A stretch of 63,574 bases of DNA, counting the filler. It is 8 parts of 8 records of this genome, joined end to end, with 100 filler letters (N's around TTAATTAATTAA, not from the genome) between each part and the next. Parts side by side here need not be neighbours in the genome. Positions count along the whole stretch, not along the records: positions 52,450 to 63,574 come from SRR31147125_8010; 7 more parts are not named here. One strand, 5' to 3'. The notes beneath the pieces are model-generated. The model worked only from the letters and a program-made list of their open reading frames with translations. It was not told where the DNA came from and did not search any database. Of this stretch, positions 56,148 to 63,574 are shown one piece after another. Both the position numbers and the translations under genes were made by a program. Each line of letters begins with the position of its first letter. Position 1 is the first letter of the stretch.

Positions 56148-56608
56148 GTGAGGCGATAACAATGACAAAGCGATTGGCGGAGAAACAACAGGGATTTGCA
56201 GATCTATACGAGGGGAATGCAACGCAGGCGGCAGAGATGGCCGGATATAAACACCCAAAGGATGCTGGAAGCCGTTGTCTGAAAAATGTCGAGATTTGTC
56301 GATTAATTCAAGAAAGACGACAGGGTGAGATTCAGCCTGAAATTGCTTCCCGTATAGATCGACAGATGTTTTGGACAAAAATCATTCGTGATGAATCCTT
56401 GCCGATGAGAGAACGCCTGAAAGCTTCTGAGCTGCTAGGTAAGTCTGAAGGTGACTTTTTGAATAAGGTCGCTGTCGAAGGGGATGTTGATATCGATCTT
56501 AAAAGCAAACTTAGGGCTGAGATCGAGAGGGAAATGGTTAAAGAGACATTTGAAAGGATCGAGCAGCAAAACAGAGAGCGGGATCCTGACGACCCGTGCT
56601 TGATTTAA
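56144..56608 (+). CDS. terS: Terminase small subunit
   Basis: KQQGFADLY..NATQAAEMAGY..GSRCLKNVEI; RLKASELLGK. Confidence 0.85.
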   Translation: MSEAITMTKRLAEKQQGFADLYEGNATQAAEMAGYKHPKDAGSRCLKNVEICRLIQERRQGEIQPEIASRIDRQMFWTKIIRDESLPMRERLKASELLGKSEGDFLNKVAVEGDVDIDLKSKLRAEIEREMVKETFERIEQQNRERDPDDPCLI

Positions 56609-56611
56609 AAG

Positions 56612-57079
56612 GTGGGCAATATGGCTGAAAAACCTGCAAAAACAGGCAAGAAGCAGGGCGGATCAGGTCGTTTTCAGAAAGGTCAATCCGGTAATCCAAA
56701 AGGAAGGAAACCCGGTACCCGGAACAAAGCCACCATTGCAGCACAAACACTGCTTCAGGGGGAAACGGAAGCACTTACCCGTAGGTGTGTTGAGATGGCC
56801 ATGGAAGGTGATACCACGGCCATGCGGCTTTGCCTGGAACGCATTGTTCCTCCCTGCAAGGATGTGCCGGTTGAGATCAAGCTTCCGCCTGTCACTAGTG
56901 CTGCAAAGCTGTCAAAAGCCACAGCAAAGATTGTCAGGGAGGTTGCTGCCGGGAACCTGACTCCAAGTCAAGGGGAGGCTATGACCCGGTTGCTCAGTCA
57001 TCATCAAAAAGCGTTGGAGTTGGCAGATCTCGACCAGCGGATCAAAACATTGGAAGATGCCATAGATAATGGGAGATGA
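56612..57079 (+). CDS. DUF5681-domain protein
   Basis: GRFQKGQSGNPKGRKPG, AMEGDTTAMRLCLERI. Confidence 0.8.
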   Translation: MGNMAEKPAKTGKKQGGSGRFQKGQSGNPKGRKPGTRNKATIAAQTLLQGETEALTRRCVEMAMEGDTTAMRLCLERIVPPCKDVPVEIKLPPVTSAAKLSKATAKIVREVAAGNLTPSQGEAMTRLLSHHQKALELADLDQRIKTLEDAIDNGR

Positions 57080-57363
57080 GAAAAATGAGTATACAGACAC
57101 GGATTAAAAATTTGGAAAAGAGCTTGGCTTCCGACGCGGACGGAGAAGTGAAAATCAAAGTCACCGTCCATGACGATGAAGAAGAATATGAGCGGGAGTA
57201 TTCAATCTTCCAGGCAAAGAAACGCCTTGGGATGCTGAGTCCGAAAAAGATCCGGAACACCATTTGGGTTGGGCCGGAAACCGATGAGGAAGATCCCTAT
57301 ACCGACCTTACGGAAGTCAAGGCAAAGGCGATCCTGAAAAAATATGAAGAGGTAGCAGCATGA
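57076..57363 (+). CDS. Small hypothetical protein, paralog A1
   Basis: MSIQTRIKNLEK; ATGA coupling. Confidence 0.75.
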   Translation: MRKMSIQTRIKNLEKSLASDADGEVKIKVTVHDDEEEYEREYSIFQAKKRLGMLSPKKIRNTIWVGPETDEEDPYTDLTEVKAKAILKKYEEVAA

Positions 57364-57653
57364 GTTTGAAAACGCGGGTGAAGAATCTGGAAAAGAAAAT
57401 GGGAGCAGATAAGGAATGTGAAGTTCCGACCAGGCTCATACGATCTTCTCCCGAAGAGTGGAAGTTGAAAAAGATGGTGCATGAGGCGAGAAAGATCTTG
57501 GGGTTGCTGACACTCAAGCAGATCCGCAACCGCATCTTTGTCGGAACTGAAGAGGTTCAGCATCTTTATGAGGATATGACGAAAGCCGAGGCAAAAGCGG
57601 TATTGGCCGAGTATGGCGATAACATTGATCTTGATGAGGGAGTACCGGCATGA
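57360..57653 (+). CDS. Small hypothetical protein, paralog A2
   Basis: MSLKTRVKNLEK; GAGG SD; ATGA coupling. Confidence 0.75.
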   Translation: MSLKTRVKNLEKKMGADKECEVPTRLIRSSPEEWKLKKMVHEARKILGLLTLKQIRNRIFVGTEEVQHLYEDMTKAEAKAVLAEYGDNIDLDEGVPA

Positions 57654-57952
57654 GTTTGAAAACACGGATTCAAAAGTTGGAAGAGAAAGCTGACCTGGAT
57701 GACGATAAAACTATCCTGTTGACGTGGGACAGTACACCAGGGGAATTGATAGAGCTCTCTTATGGAAATAATAAATGGCGACGTTCTTCCGAAGAAAGCA
57801 ATGATGACTTTATGCGTCGGATAAAAAAAGATGGTGATGGAAGGTCGGCCGCGTTTTGGTGGGAAGAGCTGTCAGAAGGATCGATTGAGGCAAAAGGGAG
57901 TATGGAAATGATGAACCTTCCTCATGAAGAAATGTTGGAGTTGTTGGATTAG
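57650..57952 (+). CDS. Small hypothetical protein, paralog B1
   Basis: MSLKTRIQKLEE; GGAG SD; ATGA coupling. Confidence 0.75.
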   Translation: MSLKTRIQKLEEKADLDDDKTILLTWDSTPGELIELSYGNNKWRRSSEESNDDFMRRIKKDGDGRSAAFWWEELSEGSIEAKGSMEMMNLPHEEMLELLD

Positions 57953-57992
57953 GTGATTGACCCATTATGCAAGGGGCAAATGAGGTGACAGC

Positions 57993-58286
57993 ATGAGCAA
58001 TCTTAAAAAGAGAATCATGGATCTGGAAAAAAAGATTCCCAAGAATGGCAATGAGCCCATCATCGTCCATTGGGATGAACCTGGGGAACTGATCAAGATT
58101 GATCGATGGGAACGGCGACTTGATGAAAGTGAGGATAGTTTTGTCTCTCGGGTGAAAAAGTTGGCCGCAGATACCATGGAAAATGTGATGTTCTTGTGGG
58201 GTGAGGTTAAGGGAGCCGCTGATGTGAAGGGTTCCTTCAGTGTTTCAAACTTATCTCATGAAGAGGCATTGGATCAGTTAGCGTAA
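57993..58286 (+). CDS. Small hypothetical protein, paralog B2
   Basis: MSNLKKRIMDLEK; GAGGTG SD. Confidence 0.75.
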   Translation: MSNLKKRIMDLEKKIPKNGNEPIIVHWDEPGELIKIDRWERRLDESEDSFVSRVKKLAADTMENVMFLWGEVKGAADVKGSFSVSNLSHEEALDQLA

Positions 58287-58307
58287 GTTAGGCAAAGGGC
58301 GCTAGAT

Positions 58308-58353
58308 GAAGGGCCGGTATCTTCCTGGAATGGGGGATGTCGGCCTTTCTTTT
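58308..58353 (+). terminator. Probable intrinsic terminator ending the terS operon
   Basis: GC-rich stem with G-U pairs followed by TTTT. Confidence 0.6.
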
Positions 58354-58532
58354 AATTTGGGAAATGCTTCATGGAAACCCCGTGGAACACTTGATCTTAT
58401 AACTCCGGAACTGCCCATTTACCATCTGCTTTAAATATTTATTGTTTTGAATTCTAAAGAATTAGAAACTAAATATTGACACTCAAGGCCACTTTTTATA
58501 AAGTGAGATAAATCATTCATAAGGGAGTGGTC

Positions 58533-59267
58533 ATGAAAAAAGCATTCGGATATTTGAGAGTCAGTGGTAAAGGCCAGGTCGAGGGAGATGGATTCCCCAG
58601 GCAGGAAAAAGCGATCAAGGATTATGCTACTACAAATGGATTTGAGATTGTTCGGTTCTACAAAGAGGAAGGTGTCTCAGGCACATTACAGGATAGACCG
58701 GCTTTAACCGATCTCATGCTTGATCTTGAAGAGAATGGCCACGGGATAAAGACTGTGATCATCGAGCGCGTTGACCGCCTTGCAAGGGATCTGATGATTC
58801 AAGAGGGTATTCTCCATGACATGGGTAAAGATGGAGTCTCCATCATCTCCGTCACTGATGGTGATTTATTGGAGGATGACCCTACTCGTAAGCTGGTGCG
58901 CCAGGTGTTGGGTGCCATTGCCGAGTATGACAAGTCCATGACGGTACTCAAGCTGAAGGCGGCCAGGGATCGGAAGCGAAGGAAGACCGGGAAATGTGAG
59001 GGCCGGAAGTCCTATGCGGAATCTAACCCCGAATTGATAGCGGAGATCAAGCGGTTACGTCGTAAGCCCAGGAAGGGGAAGCGGTTGTCACTGCAGAAGA
59101 CTGTTGACGCTCTCAATAATCAAGGATTCAAGACGGCCACCGGTAAGCCATTCACACTATCGGCATTGAAAAACATCATCTACACATCAATGAACCCAGA
59201 ACGGTTAAAGAAAAATGCAATCAAAGCAGTCCAGGAAAAACGAGAAAAACATGGAGCTGACGGGTAG
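58533..59267 (+). CDS. Serine recombinase (resolvase family)
   Basis: GYLRVS, EEGVSG, DRPAL, VDRLARD. Confidence 0.92.
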   Translation: MKKAFGYLRVSGKGQVEGDGFPRQEKAIKDYATTNGFEIVRFYKEEGVSGTLQDRPALTDLMLDLEENGHGIKTVIIERVDRLARDLMIQEGILHDMGKDGVSIISVTDGDLLEDDPTRKLVRQVLGAIAEYDKSMTVLKLKAARDRKRRKTGKCEGRKSYAESNPELIAEIKRLRRKPRKGKRLSLQKTVDALNNQGFKTATGKPFTLSALKNIIYTSMNPERLKKNAIKAVQEKREKHGADG

Positions 59268-59391
59268 AGCAAAGCTGACATCGGCTATCATGGAAGCGAT
59301 GAGCAACGGATTATCGATGGATGATATTAAGAAGATATTTGAATCCCGTCTGGATCTGAAGCGCATCAGAATGGACGCGAAGTCAAAGTAG
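59215..59391 (+). CDS. Small hypothetical protein not in the ORF track
   Basis: ..MELTGRAKLTSAIMEAMSNGLSMDDIKKIFESRLDLKRIRMDAKSK*, followed by a GGGCC..GGCCC-T-run hairpin. Confidence 0.4.
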   Translation: MQSKQSRKNEKNMELTGRAKLTSAIMEAMSNGLSMDDIKKIFESRLDLKRIRMDAKSK

Positions 59392-60358
59392 CCGACTACT
59401 TATTGTTCAATACCACAGGGGCCACCACCGGCCCTTTTTTCATATCAAAAACGTAGTGATATGATTTCAAACCGTATAACTACGCCGGGAGGAATCAATG
59501 TACGTGTCCGTTATCAAGTCTACGGCCAAACGGGGTAAGACCTGGCAATGGACAAAAGGTGAAAGCAATGCCCTTAAAATCCAAAGAACTTCATGAATGT
59601 CACTGATGGAGACACCTATGAAAGCACCAGAGACCCGTATATCTCCGGAGAGAAGATTATCCGTGAACCGCGTCCATCATACATATTGAAAGCGGGAGAA
59701 ATACCCTCGTATTTGATGTGGCTTTTCATTTTTTAATGTAATTGAGTTTATGCTTGCACCAAATGATTTGCGGGTGTAAAATTCTCATCTGTTAAATTTT
59801 GAAAGAATGGATACGTCAATTGGATGGAAAAAGCATTTTTCATTTTTATATCTTAAATATTTGATAGCATGGAAAACGAAGCTGTCTATTGTTTCTGATA
59901 TCATGGAAAGTTTCCATTTGTTTTTTACTGTTAACTTTTTTTATCATAAAATGCGTAACTCATCATGCTCTATTTTGCTGAAGTTGAAATGGCAACGGGG
60001 CTGATATGTAAAATTATGTCAACATTTATAGATTTCTTGAATATTTTATCCTATTCAAACAAGATTGCTCATAAGAAAAAATGAATTTTAAATTTTTGGT
60101 AAAGCTCATGTTTTCTTTGCCGAAACGGCCTGCTTCCGCACCTCAGTACGATCTTATCCTCTGTGTTGCATTATTGTCCATATTTTGCAATATCTGTATA
60201 TTAAGCGCATTGCTAGATACGAGTCATTAGTTGCAATAAAAGATATCATTGCGCAAGTTTTTGCTTGATTATTCGTATAGCAAAATTTACTGCAAGGCGG
60301 AACAGAAAGCCACGGGTCAGTAAAATAGCTGAGTTGTACAAAATATGATTCAGAGCGA

Positions 60359-61255
60359 ATGCTTATAACTCTAAACTTACAGGGAAATATGAAAATGGAA
60401 AAAATGGATGACTCTTTGAACAAAATTCTCAAACCAAGCATATGGCGATATATGTACTTTAGAGATCTTTTTGTTGCTATTATTAAAAGTGCAATTTGGT
60501 TGCCAATTTTATTTGTAGTGATAGAAGTTTTTTCTGGAAAGCAGTTCTTCACGGAAGATATTTATATTAGCCTAATAATCATAATTAGTTTTTTAGCCAC
60601 AATAGCTCCCGCAATCCATTACAGGAACAAATGGTGGGAGTTGAGAGAAGAACCAATAACCAAGTATCGCTATACAGATGAGCGTGGGCAAACGTTTGGC
60701 GTTATCAAGGCAATAACTGGCGATTATTGGATGACTGATAATTATAATTACCCTTTGAAAAATTCTCTTGGAGCCGAAAATGTGACATCTATGAAGGACA
60801 ATCCTGTTAAAGGACGGTTTTATGGGGGAATTCATGTACCAAATATTGCTCCTCGTGGGTGGAAGGTTCCAACTTCAGAAAATTGGCATAAGCTTTTTAA
60901 AGCCTACGGTAAATCTTTAGTGCACCTTGACGAAGCTGGATTTAATATTGAATCTATGGGACTCATGGAGCCTTCTTCTGAAGAAAATGGAGAAAAGTGT
61001 GGGACTCGCTATAATTCAAAGGACATATACTTTCTAACATCTTCATATCATCCAAAAGGAAATTTATTTGAAATTCTTTCTGTTTTTACACCCAATTTTA
61101 TATCATATTTTTTTCCGAAAGATTCTAAGTATTGTAATCGTATTCTTTTCAACGGGGTTAATGAACTAAAGGGTTTTTATGAGTTAGCCCACTGTAAATT
61201 TGTTCCTGTTCGTTGTATCGCAAAGGAAAGGCCTTCTGGGCTTCAGGAATTATAA
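60359..61255 (+). CDS. Membrane-anchored protein with FISUMP (Fib_succ_major)-like domain
   Basis: Two TMs; YWMTDN, GRFY, PRGWKVPTSENW, PVRCI. Confidence 0.7.
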   Translation: MLITLNLQGNMKMEKMDDSLNKILKPSIWRYMYFRDLFVAIIKSAIWLPILFVVIEVFSGKQFFTEDIYISLIIIISFLATIAPAIHYRNKWWELREEPITKYRYTDERGQTFGVIKAITGDYWMTDNYNYPLKNSLGAENVTSMKDNPVKGRFYGGIHVPNIAPRGWKVPTSENWHKLFKAYGKSLVHLDEAGFNIESMGLMEPSSEENGEKCGTRYNSKDIYFLTSSYHPKGNLFEILSVFTPNFISYFFPKDSKYCNRILFNGVNELKGFYELAHCKFVPVRCIAKERPSGLQEL

Positions 61256-61387
61256 ATGTGAAATTTAATTTTAATTATATTGCACATAAAGGGGATTCTG
61301 TGTGATTTCTAAATGACTGACTCAAGAACGGAGTATGATGTCTGGAAAAATGACTAATCAAACAAGTGGCTTTTTAAACGCAACAAA

Positions 61388-61470
61388 AGTTAACATTTCG
61401 GTCGACCTGACCGCGTGAACGGGAGGCGCTTTCCGCCAAGGCTGTTGGCGCGGCAGGTTACTTCGGCGTT
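61388..61470 (+). other. Integron attC site; its R' box GTTAGGC is displaced to 61590-61596 by an insertion
   Basis: TAAC core; arm GT[C]GACCTG[A]CCGCG pairs with CGCGGCAGGTTAC leaving the two typical extrahelical bases; ends in GTT. Confidence 0.75.
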
Positions 61471-61589
61471 GAGCCTGTAGAATAAGTGCTTTTTTCTGAA
61501 AATTAGATTTTTCAGCATTTATAAAATCAAGCACTTACAAAATGAAAAACCACCCTTTTTTCTTGAAGCGGGACTTATCCTACAGACTC
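61471..61589. mobile_element. 119-bp MITE
   Basis: 17-bp terminal inverted repeats (GAGCCTGTAGAATAAGT / ACTTATCCTACAGACTC, 15/17), GTT duplicated on both flanks. Confidence 0.75.
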
Positions 61590-61609
61590 GTTAGGCAATT
61601 GTAAAACAC

Positions 61610-62632
61610 ATGCATCTTCCAAAATATAAGCAAAATAATTCACAAGAACGTTTGGGGGTTAATGCCGTTGCCCAAGCTATAGCTAAAATTGGTCAAATTT
61701 GGCGTGAAACTCCAATGACTGATGTTGGTATTGATGGGCAAATTGAGTATGTTAGTCAGGAAGGTTTCGCAACAGGAAGAATGATTGCAGTTCAAATTAA
61801 ATCAGGGGTATCATTTTTTAATGAAAAAAATGAAAATTGGATTTTTTATCCTGAAACAAAACACAGGTTTTATTGGGAACGTTTTCCTTTACCAGTAATT
61901 ATAATTATTCATAATCCAGATACTGAATTGAGTTACTGGCAAGATGTTCGCCAAGCGATAAGGACAGTGGGGAATTCTAATACCAAAGGAATATTAATTC
62001 CAAAAGTAAATGTTCTTCAAGAAACTAGCGCACAAACGCTTTTTGAAATGTTTTCGGTTCTAGATCAAGATTTTATGACAATTGATAGCGTTTTGGGATA
62101 TTTAATTAAGACACAAAACAATAACGCTTCCTTGCCAATATCTTATTTTAACTTGTTCTGCTCTGGATTAATAAATTTTGGCCGTTCGTTGTACTTTGGT
62201 ATGGATTTGGTGATAAACATTTCTGAAAGTATTTTGGCCAGAAGACGTGATTTTGGGGGACCAGGTTTAGGTTCGTCAGATCATGACTTTTTGTTTAACT
62301 ATATTAAGTTCATTGTTCATCAACATATTGCTGATGTCGATTTCTCAGACTGTATGATAGATTGGTTTGATCGACACCGCCAGCCAACATTTATGGCAGC
62401 ATTAACATCTCGTGGAAAAGAGCTTATCAAACTTATCTATGATATTGAATGTCAATATAAAGACGAAGGAAAAATCTCAGAAACGGGAGATTTACACGCC
62501 GCTCAAGCAGGAATAATGCAGCTTTTGTTTAGCAGTATTGAGTCGGATAGAATTGCTCTGATCAATGAATTAGAGCATGAATTTTTAAAAGAGAATAAAC
62601 ATTATATCGATTTTACATGTCTCGGATTGTGA
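61610..62632 (+). CDS. DUF4365-domain (restriction-endonuclease-fold) protein, probable gene cassette
   Basis: ERLGVNAV..WRE..DVGIDGQIE..AVQIKSG..YW..PLPVI; starts 14 nt after GTTAGGC. Confidence 0.8.
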   Translation: MHLPKYKQNNSQERLGVNAVAQAIAKIGQIWRETPMTDVGIDGQIEYVSQEGFATGRMIAVQIKSGVSFFNEKNENWIFYPETKHRFYWERFPLPVIIIIHNPDTELSYWQDVRQAIRTVGNSNTKGILIPKVNVLQETSAQTLFEMFSVLDQDFMTIDSVLGYLIKTQNNNASLPISYFNLFCSGLINFGRSLYFGMDLVINISESILARRRDFGGPGLGSSDHDFLFNYIKFIVHQHIADVDFSDCMIDWFDRHRQPTFMAALTSRGKELIKLIYDIECQYKDEGKISETGDLHAAQAGIMQLLFSSIESDRIALINELEHEFLKENKHYIDFTCLGL

Positions 62633-63548
62633 CTTCTTTCCACGGACGGAATCTCAATCTTAAGTTGTGCAATCCGGAAGCAATGACCATAACCAGATCA
62701 GTGAAACCTTTAACCCAGTTTCGGCATTTGTCTTTAACAATTCTGTACCTTTTGACACCACTTATGACATGCTCTACTCTGATCCTTATTTTTGAAATAC
62801 CGCGATTTATAACTTTTTGTTCATGAGTTAAGTTTTTACCTCTTGGCTTTTTAGCTGGTTGCAAAATTAGAACATCTTCAGCAGAAAAGCCCTGAAAACC
62901 AGTATCCTGCAATAGGATACTCCCTTTCGGTAATCGGTACTCGGATTCATCTGCAATTTTTTTGTCATGCTTTTTTCCTTCCACTGTCGGCGTTAAGAAA
63001 ATGACTTCGCAGTTTGAGTTAGCAAGTATGTTATTTTTCACTGTATGGGCTTTCTTTTTTCCACTGTAATGCTCTTTCTTTTTTCCACTGTAATGCTCTT
63101 TTTGTTTTGCATTGTTTTTGGGACGTTGTATCATCCGCTCAGCACCATCATGTAAGTAAAGTGAGGCTTCCTTCTCGTCAAACGCCTGCATATCACGGCT
63201 GGGCAGAGCTTTTATTTTGTCCAGGGCAGATAACAAGATTGGCATGAGATAATGAATCCATAAATTTGCTTTCGACTGAGAGATTCCAAACAGTTGTCCA
63301 AGCGTGGTTTGAGTTGTATACTGCTTCATGTAGATCAGAATGAAAAAAAGCTGATCAGCAATACTTGAAAATGCTGAATTTTTGTAAGCGGTTGGTTTGT
63401 TAACTCTTTCTTTCCCTTCCAATGTTTGATTGCACTCAAGTAGCGCCTCTTCAAATGAAGGCAGAAGAGCATTGAATTCATCAAGTGTGTATCCTGTCAT
63501 AGATAGCAGTTCTGTTGGCTTGCATGCGGTTTTTTCAAAACTTGCCAT
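62613..63548 (-). mobile_element. IS transposase of IS5-superfamily/ISL2-like (DDE_Tnp_4) type
   Basis: DGAERMIQRPK, YSGKKKAHTVK, HDKK, QDTGFQG, RIRVEHVISGVKR. Confidence 0.9.
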
Positions 63549-63574
63549 GATATGGTCAATCTGCTCCGATTTTT

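Noticed and set aside
61471-63574. The terminal transposase as the mobiliser of the MITE
   Set aside because: No copy of the MITE terminal repeat is visible at the transposase 3' end, and the other IS end is probably outside the window

Overview
The window is not one locus. It is eight unrelated contigs joined by 100-bp N spacers that each carry the six-frame-stop linker TTAATTAATTAA (contigs 1-5533, 5634-10833, 10934-16535, 16636-31073, 31174-36267, 36368-44983, 45084-52349, 52450-63574). Base composition differs between contigs, and many genes are broken at homopolymer runs, most likely by sequencing indels. Contents: (1) an atypical sigma54 activator plus a sigma54 promoter in front of two tandem HSP90/GHKL-like ATPases; (2) AT-rich two-component, ABC and surface-protein genes; (3) prfC, serA, rsmE and a heme-motif chemoreceptor; (4) a multiheme cytochrome locus with a Cys-rich MerR regulator, Rieske protein, cytochrome b, a membrane-anchored nonaheme, a NapC-like protein and two paralogous nonaheme cytochromes ending in T9SS-type/FlgD-Ig C-terminal domains, linked by a duplicated 42-bp promoter/operator; (5) fliA-flgM and a GGDEF protein; (6) a sigma54-controlled CusCBA-type efflux operon; (7) the early region of a Mu-like prophage; (8) a satellite-like element (Rha, topoisomerase VIII-like gene, HTH, small terminase, DUF5681, four small paralogs sharing an R-h-x-x-L-E motif, serine recombinase) followed by an attC site interrupted by a MITE, a DUF4365 cassette and an IS transposase. 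Best candidates for an undescribed system: the secreted-multiheme regulon in contig 4, then the Topo VIII/TerS element in contig 8 and the sigma54 HSP90-like pair in contig 1. All family assignments come from motif recognition by eye; no database searches were run.
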